DNA of 61,966 nt, counting the filler, from Nemertoderma westbladi (lineage: Eukaryota; Animalia; Xenacoelomorpha), in the NCBI GenBank assembly GCA_032718475.1. It is 4 parts of 4 records of this genome, joined end to end, with 100 filler letters (N's around TTAATTAATTAA, not from the genome) between each part and the next. Parts side by side here need not be neighbours in the genome. Positions count along the whole stretch, not along the records: positions 10,172 to 30,015 come from JAUCBJ010008142.1; 3 more parts are not named here. One strand, 5' to 3'. Each line of letters begins with the position of its first letter. Within the stretch, counting starts at the first letter, position 1. Position numbers and translations under genes: made by a program. The notes beneath the pieces are model-generated. The model made no database searches, had not been told where the DNA came from, and worked only from the letters and a program-made list of their open reading frames with translations. Shown here one piece after another: positions 10,950 to 23,600 of this stretch.

Positions 10950-13074
10950 TATTCTCAAGGCAATGCAAACCCCAATGTATTCAACATACAGTATCCTCCA
11001 TGAGACGGTCACAGAATACTTTGCTGGGCCCCAACAAATAACGGTCATTTATCGGAAAATGAATTGTTAACGCACATGTGTCCGCATGTACACGTCTTGC
11101 GCAATCTGATGTATGGTAAAATTCTAACTTTCCTTCACCTGAAAAATTAGGAAACCGAGACCCCGAACCGAACTGAAGCACATCACCCAAAGTAAGTGTG
11201 ATTGAATTAATCCCACCTTTGAGCAAGTCATTGACATCGGCTTTCATTTCACCTTTATCAATTTTCTTCAAAAAATGATAATATTTGAATGTTATCTCTG
11301 TCTCCTTCTCCCGTTCGCGAGATCTTTCAGCCGAGTTGTAAACTGGTTTAAAGCAATTCTTTGCTTCTTGATATGTCACATTAGCATGGCTCAGCTCCTT
11401 CATAGATTCTTCTGGAAACAACTGCATAATAGTCAGCACACCAAAACTTCTCAATCCTTCCCGATATTGTTCTATTTCCTCTGATACAGAACTTACGACG
11501 ATGTGTCGACTCAACAAAGACAAAATGGGGTTTTTGTCAGATATGAACTTGATTGACAATTCCCCATATCAAACCTACCATCAAAGTTGTCCAGAGCCTC
11601 CCTAAATTCCGTATCGCTTCAATTGTTGTTTCAATCTTCTGAAGACATTCTTCATCACGAGGAATTTCGTCGATCGTAACTGTAAATTCATCTAGAGCTA
11701 GAACTGCATTAGCTATTGATTGAGTGAAAAAATGTGGGCCTGGGGCGCCATTAATAAGACCAATAGCCGTCAGTTGGCCCAGTATTTTATATCGTGCCAT
11801 CTTGTCAAAGTTGTGACGGAAGGTATAATGCGGGTACTCACCTCGAAACATTGAAGGGGGTTGATTGTAAAAGAAAATTGTTAGTAATTCTCTAAAAACC
11901 CCACCAGTGTCAATACCGTCTTCGTCGAGAAATTTCGCCATTACGATTGGTGATATTAGTGGTTCGACTTCAATTGACTCATACAGGCTCTCAACTACAC
12001 GCCCTCGGGGCACATCAAAGATCGGATTAAGTACATCTTTCGCCTTCCATGCATTATAACCAGAAGTCAAAGTCGCCCTCAAATTGCCCTCTAGGACAAA
12101 TACATCATCATCAATTTTAACGGGTGAATTTTCTTCATGGGTTTGAGTAACCTCAACCATATCTACAGAGGTATCATTAGTACCTCTTATTATGTTTGCG
12201 AAATAATTATCTCGCAATTGGGCAATCTCTTGTCTGTTCTGTGGCCTGTTAGTAACAAATAGAATCTCGTCAATATCACTACTACAGGTAACATCATTAC
12301 CAGTTTCACCAATAGATCTCGCAATCTCATAGGGGGTTGTATTGTACGTGGGTGCAGTTGGCGAAAGTTATCTATTTCGCGAGATTCTTCCAAATCTGCA
12401 AGAAGTTGACAATTGCTGCATGGTTGTTCTATAAACTCCCTGGATCTCGCACAGACTTCGCATACGATGCGAGAATGTCCAGCCTCTGCAGCAATTGAGT
12501 ATTGTGGAGAGTTTCCTGTTTGAATCGGTAGAATTTCGATACATTCGTTCCCAGGTATAGATGATTCTTCACTTATTTCCAATAATAGCAGTAGTTTCGG
12601 AGTACCAAATACACATTTATCCACAACATATTCTCGAAGCGTTTTATAAGCCGCCAAAGAATTACCACTCATATTTCCGAAATGGATAACATACGAATCT
12701 TTATTACCCGGAAAGCCCAAAGCATCAAGGGATTTATTGAAATTTTCTTCCCCGAAAAGCTTTCCAACAACTACACTTACAGCGTCGTTAATATCAGCAT
12801 CCATTGGTAGCGGAATTTTTATTGCATTTGTTTCTCCAAGTGGTTTTCGAACCAAAACAGAATCATTCCCTTGGAGTACTTTCACTTTGACAACAACAGT
12901 ATTAGTCGTTGTCATATGGAGTCCACGTCCCACTCTTTAAAGAAGATGATATGGGTGCTGTATTAGTCGATCTTCTACTCGCGATGTTATTTGGCGTCTC
13001 AATTCTGACAATAGTGCACGCCTTCCATGCCGAATGCGGCCTTGGGTTCGAGATTTTGGGAGTCTAATCGACAT
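10950..13074 (-). pseudogene. Intronless HECT-domain (G2E3-like) ORF with one in-frame stop and two frameshifts; probable transposon cargo
   Basis: FLDEDGIDTGGVFRELL (HECT N-lobe), YKILGQLTAIGLINGAPGPHFF, LQFGSG and HADTCALTIHFP (catalytic Cys region); CEVC...CSNC Zn ribbon upstream; segments 12937-13074, 12190-12933, 11537-12217, 10981-11559. Confidence 0.8.
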
Positions 13075-13310
13075 ACTGATACTACTACTATCACAGCATA
13101 CATATATTTCTGCAATTCCTATGTAGCCTACAGTAGGGCAGTGTAGAACAGCAAGGCAAGTAGCATATGACGTACTGTACTGTACTGTATTGAAAATATT
13201 ACAGTATATACACCTTACACCTATATCGCCCAGCCCCACATTACGTATTTACAGGATGTACCGGTACCATGAACTACAGTATAAAGTATACAGTTACCAC
13301 CCTTTGCAGA

Positions 13311-13508
13311 ATTGTCACTCGGGTGATAAATAATTGTCACCCGGGTGACAAATAATTGTCACCCGGATGATAAATAATTGTCACCCGGGTGATAAATAAT
13401 TGTCACCCGGGTGACAAATAATTGTCACCCGGGTGATAAATAATTGTCACCCGGGTGATAAATAATTGTCACCCGGGTGATAAATAATTGTCACCCGGGT
13501 GACAAATA
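13311..13508. repeat. 9 x 22-bp tandem repeat with palindromic core (attgtcacccgggtga[t/c]aaata)
   Basis: Read directly; core tgtcacccgggtgaca is a perfect 16-bp palindrome. Confidence 0.95.
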
Positions 13509-14102
13509 TAAAAAATCTGAAATTAAGTGGCCACAATCAGCCACGGTAGGATACGGATACGGCGAAAAGTTATACCCTAATATTTTAAATATTTTATCAG
13601 TTTCATGATTTTACTAAACGTTTGCTACACGTATACTGTACATACATACATCAGTACATACCGGTAATACATATTATTTACTTTCAGTTTGACCTTTCCA
13701 GTAGTGGTTTTTCCATCGATTTGTACGGGTACCATACAGCCATAAGTATTTAGCTTTCTTTTACCCTCAACTATTAAACTTATTAAAACATTAAACATAC
13801 CAGCATACCGGTAACTACAGACAGGCAGACTGACAGAACTATACTGCTATAGCCAGATCAGCAGATAGCTGTATACTCTGACTGTCTGATACTGCTGTAC
13901 TGCAGTATACTGGTATACACCAGACAGCCAGACAGCACAGGTTTACTGAGTATAGGCCCATCTGCCTATAGCAGTATAGCTGTATAGCTGTATACCTACC
14001 TAGTCCACTCTGATAGACTACAGGACTACGTCCAGACATCAGGCTGTCAGCAGTCCAGTAGTCAGTACGTCCAAGGTCAGAAGCCTTTATCTGAATATCA
14101 CA

Positions 14103-15044
14103 ATGACACCGACACCTGTTGTCGTATCTGAGGAGAAAAAATCTGAAAACAATGAACCTTCGCAATCCGGAAAACCGCTAATTGGTATAATTTATCCGCC
14201 GCCGGAGGTGAGAAACATCGTCGACAAAACAGCGAGTTTTGTAGCTCGAAACGGACCTGAATTTGAAACGCGAATCAGTAAAAACGAACAAAGCAACCCA
14301 AAGTTTAACTTCCTGAACCCAAACGATCCTTACCACGCTTACTATCGGCACAAAGTAAAAGAATACAGCGAGGGGCGGGGCGTCGATGCGGGCGCTGCGA
14401 AACCCGATGAGAAACAGACCGCGTCGCAGACACTACAACGGGACCAGACACCCGTAGCCCTCCCTGTAGAACCCACGGTTCCTAAAGAACCACCCCCGGA
14501 CTACGAGTTCATCGTGGAACCTCCCAGCATCGCCGGCTACGATATCGACGTTGTTAAACTAACGGCTCAATTTGTCGCGCGAAACGGCCGCAGTTTCCTA
14601 ACGCAATTGATGCAACGCGAGCAACGAAACTTCCTGTTCGATTTCCTTCGACCGCAACACTCGTTGTTCAACTACTTTACCCGACTAGTCGAGCAGTACA
14701 CGAAGGTGCTGATCCCGCCTAAAGATTTAGTTAGAAACCTGATTGAAGATTCCAAGGATTATAAGCGCGTTATGGTTGCCGTTAAAGAGCGAGTTGATTG
14801 GAAGACTGCGCAAGAGCGTAAGCGCGCGGAGGAACAGCGTCGCTTGGAGAAGGAGCGGGTCTCGTACGCGCAGATTGATTGGCACGATTTCGTTGTCGTG
14901 GAGACAGTGGACTTTCATCCCAGCGAGTACGCTAATCTGCTCCCGCCCACGACGCCGGATAAAGTCGGTACGAGGAGTTTGTACCACGAGCGGAAGCAGA
15001 ACAATCAGATAGAAAGCGACGAAGAAGAGACACCGGGGAAACAG
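14103..15044 (+). CDS. SF3A1: Splicing factor 3A subunit 1, exon 1 (two SURP domains, start of PRP21-like region)
   Basis: GIIYPPPEVRNIVDKTASFVARNGPEFE, VVKLTAQFVARNG, YAQIDWHDFVVVETVDF; donor CAG|gtcggt, phase 0. Confidence 0.95.
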
Positions 15045-15315
15045 GTCGGTGGATTAATATTCTATTTATCTTACGTATTGCAATATTGGGTTTTAATAGG
15101 TTTTTTATTTCATTTTCCGCTTAACAGCGGCTTAAATTTAAATAGCTGTTGTGCTTATATTTTGTATAAGGAGCTAGTACATATCTGACAAGTTTCAGCT
15201 TTAACGGATTCAAGCAAAGAAATGGGAGGACATTTAATGTGTAGACAAGACATGTAGCCCTCTAGTGGGAGTATATGTTACTGATGATGTCTGTACTTAT
15301 CTTTTTCTATTTCAC

Positions 15316-15535
15316 TTGGCCTGTGGGGCGAGCGACGAAAGTAAGCGAGCTTAGCATACAGGTACCACTAATTCAATCGGTGTGTCCGTTGTACTGTTGA
15401 TCTGTCGTGTCCAATTTTAAACGTTAATAACTCAGCGTAATGTTAATGAAATTTAACCAAACTTGGTACACATGTAGTCTGGCCAGACTTTAGAAATTTT
15501 CCAAGTTGAATTTCCGTGTGGCCTTCGAGAAGCTA
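15316..15535 (+). mobile_element. Second HINE/DINE-1-like copy, in the SF3A1 intron
   Basis: Homologous to 5620-5846 in opposite orientation. Confidence 0.5.
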
Positions 15536-16289
15536 AGATAATAGCAGTTAATTAGTTAATTAAGTTGATTAGGGTAAAATCAGCAATTTCAACCTGCCTC
15601 CTTAAAGTATATTAATTATTTTCAGTTCTAGTATAAGATTTAAATAATTATACTTAAAAGTTATACTGCTGTAAATCCCCATATAACATTCCATTATAGT
15701 ATAGTTTTTAATTAGTTCAAGTGATTTGCTTTAAGAAATGTGTTTTTAATTGATCTAAACGTCATTAAGTTATCAAAATACCACCGTATCTCTATACGTC
15801 CAGCTCCCTCATTCATTGGCATGCTTGATATTGCCTAGCCTATCAGCTGGCGCTGGGAACCATAGTCCAACCACCTCAGCACTACTTCAGTACTTGGCAA
15901 CGGGTAATTACATCAATAGGACATAACCACTACAGTAGTGTAAGGTAAAGTCAGCTTGTTTTATCTGCCTTTCATTAATCCTCTGTGCTCATTTGGGTTG
16001 GGGTGGTGCAGATTAAGAGGGCGGTTGAAGCGACGGGGGGGGGGGGGGGGATCTTTCTTCTCTTCTTTGATTTATTCTTATTGGTGTTGGTTAAATTTTC
16101 TTAATTATTTATTTAAATTTCTTAAGTACCGATTTTGGAATAGAATTGCTCAATTTTAATCTGTATCTAATAACTGTGCCTCGTCCTGCGCGATGACACA
16201 CGAACGTGTTTACCCTTACCTATATACCCCAATATGAATATGATGAATACTGCCAGGTTTTCACTAAAAACCTTAGCGAACGCTGGAGA

Positions 16290-18662
16290 GCTTTTTATTT
16301 GGCGGCATTGCAATAATTACATCCCAAATGTACCCAAATCGTTGTTTCTCTGTAATAAATAATTATTAGACTCGTGTAAATAAACGAATTTCCTTTTAAC
16401 GATGTGTCTGGTTAAATATATGGTGGAGCGTTTCCATAGCAACAGATGTTCTGTTTCTTAGGTTACATTCTTTGCGATGTTTGAACGAACATAATGTAGA
16501 TAAAGATACAGTGCAGTTGTAAATATTACTGAAGCTGTAAATAATCTATCAAAATAACGCGTTAAGAAAACAAAATAAAAACGTATATTTAGTAAATAAT
16601 ATCTGTTAATGAACTCATTAGGCCTTTATATACATGAGAGTAAAAACTCAAGCAATCATTTTCTGAACATCCAATAATATTGCCTGTTTTATAAATGCTT
16701 TAAGTTGTTTTGGGCTGTTCTGTTTGATTGGTTGTTATGTGATTACTTGCTAATTTTGGCCATTATTAAATGCACTAAATCAACAAGCAGTGATCAATGT
16801 GTACAGATATACAGTAAGAGTCAATATGTTTCACGGGAGGCATGGTGGAGGGGGGAGGGGGGGGGGGGGTAGTCACTAAACCAGGCCAACACAGTTTATT
16901 GTTTTAAACCAACAACAACGTTTATTAATTGGTTAGAAAAGCCCGCTACTGTAACCTGCTACTTTCCCCCAATTTGTAGGTAACAAGATCGTTTATTGTT
17001 TTGGTTAGAACTTAGAAAATTATGTCGCTGTAACCTGCTCATTTCCTTAAATTGGTAGGTAACAACAGCGTTTAATGATTCCCACATTCCCATCCAGCCA
17101 CCTTCCCATCTTCCCACATCCCCATCCTGGCCTCTATCCTATAGAACCTAGAGCAAGAGTCCATCATATTCAGATATTGTATTATATTCTTAAGTACATT
17201 CCTGCATTAATTCATTATTACGTCAGTCACTGCAAACAATCACTCATTAGGTAAGTTGGTTAAAGTCTGAGAATACATAGAGCTACCCCTACCAGCATAC
17301 TGCTAATATTTAAATGTAAACTACTAAGTTACATTGATTGCGTGTTGATTTAGTGCATTTAATAATGGCCAAGATTAGCAAGTAATCACATAACAACCAA
17401 ACAAACAGAACAGCCCAAAACAACTCAAAGCGTTTATAAAACAGGCAATATTATTGGATGTTGAGAAAATGATTGCTTGAGTTTTTACTCTCATGTTACC
17501 TTTATTTCCTTTATCATTAATAATAAAGTATTGCCAACCACAACGGACCGTCTGCTACCACAAATGCAATAGGTTTCCTTGGAAACATTAACAATAAATA
17601 TGTGATGCAGTTTTATATTTTACTAAACATTTAAACGATTCCAATAATTATTACAGACAAATGACGATTTGGACAGGGACAGGATACGATACGATACGAA
17701 AACGGATTTTCGTATTTCGTATCGCAGTAAATTATTCGTATCGTATTTCGTATCGTATCATAAAAATTGACTTCGTATCGTATGTAATACGAATAAATAT
17801 TTTCTCGTATTTCGTATCTTAATATTTCTAATCTTTTTAACAGTCAAATATGAGATCACACCACTTATTTCTTTACATTTTTTTCTCAAAATTGGTGTAT
17901 AAATTAGATTACAGCTTACAGTTTTACTATGTCAATAAAATGTGTAAGACAGGAGGATCGTTAATCACATTGTAATTAAATGTAGAATAATGATAAAAAC
18001 AATTAAAAAGTCCACTGAAATATAATATAAATACTGTCTAACTAAATAAACTTGTTAGGATAACTCTAATCGCGCCTACAAGGCATTGATGTTATGATAA
18101 GGAATTATAGTGAGATAGTAATAGAAATACAACATTTATTATGAAATAAAACATAGTTTTATAATTATTATTATTAATAATTATTTTGACTTCGAAATTG
18201 ACAAGTTTTGAATTTTTTCCATATTGGTACATCTAATTCAAAATTATTTCATAACTAACATTTGTACAGTTTTTTTTTGCATAAAGTGGCATGGCAATTT
18301 GGTAACGCCTGGGCCGTGTTTATAACGTCGATATGTTCTACTATTGGGCCGTGTTGCATAACGACCTTATGGATATTTTAGACAATAGACACACTATTGC
18401 TATAATAGCAAGCATACTGGAATATTGAAATAAAAAAATATTTGCCTATTTTATAGAGATTTATATGATTTTCTAAGTGTAATACGAAATACAATACATA
18501 TATTTTTATCAATTCTTAGATAAAATACGATACGAAAAAAATACAAAACATTTTTCGTACTTAGTTAGTATCGTATGTTGGATTTTTCGAATCGTATCGT
18601 ATCCTGTCCCTGGATTTGGATGCATTTGCGACGTAATTATTGCAATGCTGCTACATAAAAGC
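16290..18662. mobile_element. Foldback/long inverted-repeat element in the SF3A1 intron; right arm interrupted by a hAT MITE
   Basis: 16632-16789 is the reverse complement of 17339-17496; 16290-16345 matches 17640-17673 joined to 18621-18662. Confidence 0.75.
17674..18612. mobile_element. hAT-type MITE, 939 bp
   Basis: 22-bp perfect TIR cagggacaggatacgatacgat; 8-bp TSD gatttgga at 17666-17673 and 18613-18620; subterminal tcgtat/atacga motifs. Confidence 0.9.
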
Positions 18663-18996
18663 AATTATTGATCTATTAGGGTGCTAAATATTTATTTAGT
18701 AATCCTTAATTTGTAATAAAATCCTTAAATTAATTAATTAATATCCTTACTTCGTGTTTTACTGGTTAATTTTTTGTTTTTACTGTGGATTTGGCTGAAA
18801 TTAATATAAATAATAATAATAATAAAAACCATTAATAAGGAGAATTGAAAAATACAAATTCTTCAAATTTCCATGAAATATCGACCGAAAAGTGGAAACC
18901 TGCTATACTTCACGTCATGGGCGCCACTCGCACCAAACGCTAGTTAATAATAATTGAATTATTAATTTATCAGTTTCAATTACATTTCTGTTTCAG

Positions 18997-20532
18997 GAGG
19001 AAAGTGAAGACGAATCTAGTGAAGAGGAAGAAACCAGTGAAAGTGATAGCGAAGAAGATAAAGCCGAGGAGGAAGGTAAAGTCGTTGAAAAGAACGCGGA
19101 GAAACCCACAGAGTCGGCGGCTGCGGATGTACACGGTAAACCGATAGCGCCTCCAGCGGTTAACGACGATATGGACCTGAGTAGCGACGAGGAGGAGGCG
19201 GTTAGCAGCGAGCGAGGCAAGGTCTCGGTTGCCACGGCACCGGAGCGGGTCAAGGTGACCCAACCGGTTGCCACGGCGCCGTTGGTGGTCCGCGACTACG
19301 ACCCCCACCAGAGTAGACAGCTGACCGCGGACCAGTACACGATATCGCCGCTAACCGGGGAGCGGGTCCCCGTGGATCAGTTCAAGGAGCACATGCGGGT
19401 CGGGTTGCTGGATCCCAAGTGGCTGGAGCAGCGGGACAAATCGATGCGGGACCGGCACGCCAAGGAGGAGGTGTACGCGGCGGGTTCCTCGATCGGGGCC
19501 ACGCTCAAACAGTTCGCGGAGCGGCGGACGGATATCTTCGGGATCGGAGACGAGGAGACCATAATTGGGAGGAAGATCGGCGAGGAGGAGTTGCCGAGAG
19601 CCGCGGAGAAGGTCGTCTGGGACGGCCACTCCGCCAGCATGGAGTCGGTGACGCGGAAAGCGCAAGCGAATATAAGTCTCGATGAACAGATAAAGGCGAT
19701 ACATCGGTCGAAAGGGTTGGTGCCGGATCGCGAGAAGGAGAAGATAGGTCCGTCGGTGCCGGCCCCCCAGGGGGCAGGGAGGGGGCAGCCGCAGGGGGTC
19801 GGGAGGGGGCAGTTCCAACCGCCCCCTCGGGGGGCTCAGCCGTCCCTCCCGCCGGCTCCCTCAGCCGTCACAGAGCCGCCCCGTCCGCCCCCCATCCATC
19901 CTTCTCGACTACAACGCAACGTGGTTCTCCAGCAGTCCTCCGGGCTGCCACCCTCGCTACCCCCATCGCTGCGGCCATCGCTGCCCCCCTCGCTGCCCCC
20001 TCCTTCCGTGGGACCCCCCGCTTTCTCTATCCCCCTCCCGAAGCCCCACCAGCTCGTTATCCCCGCGCCCCCCTCCGTTCTCCTCATCCAGGAGCCCCTA
20101 GCGATCCCCATCCCCCTCGGGATCCCCCGCGCCATCCCGGTGGGACGCCCCCCGGTGCCCCCCATCGAGCCCCCCTCAGAGGAACCCGCCTCGAAGCGAC
20201 AACGCACCGAGGACACGCTCCTCCCCGAGAACCAGTTCCTCCAGCTGCACCAATCGGAGCCGGTTACGGTGCGGATATCGGTACCCACGGTGAAGGATAA
20301 ACCGGACTGGAAGATGCACGGCCAGATGGTCACCTTCAGGATGCCGCTAACCGACGCGGTGTCCGTGGTCAAAGCGAAACTAATGGAGGAACTCAACGTC
20401 CCTATTGGGAAACAGAAACTCCAACTGGAGGGAATGTTCCTTAAGGACCAGAACTCCTTAGCTTTTTATAATCTAACGAACGGAAGTTTGATTTACCTGC
20501 AGCTCAAAGAGCGGGGAGGTCGAAAGAAATAA
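18997..20532 (+). CDS. SF3A1: SF3A1 exon 2 (acidic linker, Pro-rich region, C-terminal ubiquitin-like domain)
   Basis: Acceptor tttctgtttcag|GAG in frame with ORF 19171; ISPLTGE, EHMRVGLLDPKWLEQ, AERRTDIFG, KQKLQLEGMFLKDQNSLAFYN...LQLKERGGRKK; AATAAA at 20562. Confidence 0.95.
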   Translation, partial: EESEDESSEEEETSESDSEEDKAEEEGKVVEKNAEKPTESAAADVHGKPIAPPAVNDDMDLSSDEEEAVSSERGKVSVATAPERVKVTQPVATAPLVVRDYDPHQSRQLTADQYTISPLTGERVPVDQFKEHMRVGLLDPKWLEQRDKSMRDRHAKEEVYAAGSSIGATLKQFAERRTDIFGIGDEETIIGRKIGEEELPRAAEKVVWDGHSASMESVTRKAQANISLDEQIKAIHRSKGLVPDREKEKIGPSVPAPQGAGRGQPQGVGRGQFQPPPRGAQPSLPPAPSAVTEPPRPPPIHPSRLQRNVVLQQSSGLPPSLPPSLRPSLPPSLPPPSVGPPAFSIPLPKPHQLVIPAPPSVLLIQEPLAIPIPLGIPRAIPVGRPPVPPIEPPSEEPASKRQRTEDTLLPENQFLQLHQSEPVTVRISVPTVKDKPDWKMHGQMVTFRMPLTDAVSVVKAKLMEELNVPIGKQKLQLEGMFLKDQNSLAFYNLTNGSLIYLQLKERGGRKK

Positions 20533-20602
20533 ACAAATAGTTCCGTTATATATACCGGTACAATAAACAAACTGATCTAAATATCCATCAATTATTATTG
20601 TG

Positions 20603-23600
20603 TATATTTCCCCCATCTATATTTCCCCCATCTATATTTCCCCATCTATATTTCCCCCATCTATATTTCCCCCATCTATATTTCCCCATCTATATTTCCT
20701 CCATCTATATTTCCCCCATCTATATTTCCCCATCTATATTTCCCCCATCTATATTTCCTCCATCAATATTTCCCCCATCTATATTTCCCCTCCTCTATAT
20801 TTCCTCCATCTATATTTCCCCCCCTCTATATTTCCTCCATCTATATTTCCCCATCTATATTTCCTCCATCTATATTTCCCCCATCTATATTTCCCCCATC
20901 TATATTTCCCCCATCTATATTTCCCCCATCTATATTTCCTCCATCGATATTTCCTCCATCTATATTACCCCATCTATATTTCCTCCATCTATATTTCCCC
21001 CATCTATATTTCCTCCATCGATATTTCCTCCATCTATATTACCCCATCTATATTACCCCATCTATATTTCCTCCATCTATATTTGCCACATCTATATTCC
21101 CCCATCTGTATTTCCCCATCTATATTTCCTCCATCTATATTTCCCCCCTCTATATTCCTCCATCTATATTTCCTCCATCTATATTTCCCCATCTATATTT
21201 CCTCCATCTATATATTTCCCCCATCTATATTTCCCCCATCTATATTTCCTCCATCTATATTTACCCCATCTATATTTCCTCCATCTATATATTTCCCCCA
21301 TCTATATTTCCCCCATCTATATTTCCTCCATCTATATTTACCCCATCTATATTTCCTCCATCTATATTTCCCCATCTATATTTCCCCCATCTATATTTCC
21401 CCCATCTATATTTCCCCATCTATATTTCCTCCATCTATATTTCCTCCATCTATATTTCCCCCATCTATATTTCCTCCATCTATATTTACCCCATCTATAT
21501 TTCCTCCATCTATATATTTCCCCCATCTATATTTCCCCCATCTATATTTCCTCCATCTATATTTCCCCCATCTATATTTCCCCCATCTATATTTCCTCCA
21601 TCGATATTTCCTCCATCTATATTACCCCATCTATATTTCCTCCATCTATATTTCCCCCATCTATATTTGCCACATCTATATTCCCCCATCTGTATTTCCC
21701 CATCTATATTTCCTCCATCTATATTTCCCCCCTCTATATTCCTCCATCTATATTTCCTCCATCTATATTTCCCCATCTATATTTCCTCCATCTATATTTC
21801 CCCCATCTATATTTCCCCCATCTATATTTCCCCCATCTATATTTCCCCCATCTATATTTCCTCCATCGATATTTCCTCCATCTATATTACCCCATCTATA
21901 TTTCCTCCATCTATATTTCCCCCATCTATATTTGCCACATCTATATTCCCCCATCTGTATTTCCCCATCTATATTTCCTCCATCTATATTTCCCCCCTCT
22001 ATATTCCTCCATCTATATTTCCTCCATCTATATTTCCCCATCTATATTTCCTCCATCTATATTTCCCCCATCTATATTTCCCCCATCTATATTTCCCCCA
22101 TCTATATTTCCCCCATCTATATTTCCTCCATCGATATTTCCTCCATCTATATTACCCCATCTATATTTCCCCCATCTATATTTGCCACATCTATATTTCC
22201 TCCATCTATATTTCCCCCATCTATATTTCCCCCATCTATATTTCCCCCATCTATATTTCCCCCATCTATATTTCCCCCATCTATATTTCCCCATCTATAT
22301 TTCCCCCATCTATATTTCCTCCATCTATATTACCCCATCTATATTTCCTCCATCTATATTTCCCCCATCTATATTTCCCCCATCTATATTTCCCCATCTA
22401 TATTTCCCCCATCTATATTTCCCCCATCTATATTTCCCCATCTATATTTCCTCCATCTATATTTCCCCCATCTATATTTCCCCCATCTATATTTCCTCCA
22501 TCTATATTTCCTCCATCTATATTTCCCCCATCTATATTTCGCCCATCTATATTTCCCCATCTATATTTCCCCCATCTATATTTCCTCCATCTATATTTTC
22601 CCCATCTATATTTCCCCCCCTCTATATTTCCTCCATCTATATTTCCCCCCTCTATATTTCCTCCATCTATATTTCCCCATCTATATTTCCCCCATCTATA
22701 TTTCCTCCATCTATATTTTCCCCATCTATATTTCCCCCCCTCTATATTTCCTCCATCTATATTTCCCCCCTCTATATTTCCTCCATCTATATTTCCCCAT
22801 CTATATTTCCTCCATCTATATTTCCCCCATCTATATTTCCCCCATCTATATTTCCCCCATCTATATTTCCCCCATCTATATTTCCTCCATCGATATTTCC
22901 TCCATCTATATTTGCCACATCTATATTCCCCCATCTATATTTCCCCCATCTATATTTCCCCCATCTATATTTCCCCATCTATATTTCCTCCATCTATATT
23001 TCCCCCATCTATATTTCCCCCATCTATATTTCCCCCATCTATATTTCCCCATCTATATTTCCTCCATCTATATTTCCCCCATCTATATTCCCCCATCTAT
23101 ATTTGCCACATCTATATTCCCCCATCTATATTTCCCCCCCTCTATATTTCCTCCATCTATATTTCCCCCCTCTATATTTCCTCCATCTATATTTCCCCAT
23201 CTATATTTCCTCCATCTATATTTCCCCCATCTATATTTCCCCCATCTATATTTCCCCCATCTATATTTCCCCTATCTATATTTCCCCCATCTATATTTCC
23301 CCCATCTATATTTCCCCCATCTATATTTCCTCCATCGATATTTCCTCCATCTATATTACCCCATCTATATTTCCTCCATCTATATTTCCTCCATCTATAT
23401 TACCCCATCTATATTTCCTCCATCTATATTTCCCCCATCTATATTTCCTCCATCGATATTTCCTCCATCTATATTACCCCATCTATATTTCCTCCATCTA
23501 TATTTCCCCCATCTATATTTCCTCCATCTATATTTCCCCCCTCTATATTCCTCCATCTATATTTCCTCCATCTATATTTCCCCATCTATATTTCCTCCAT

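Noticed and set aside
13311-13508. CRISPR-like palindromic repeats
   Set aside because: Head-to-tail units with no unique spacers, no cas genes, eukaryotic context.
15045-15188. C-terminal hydrophobic tail of the 361-aa SF3A1 ORF
   Set aside because: Read-through into the intron past the gtcggt donor.
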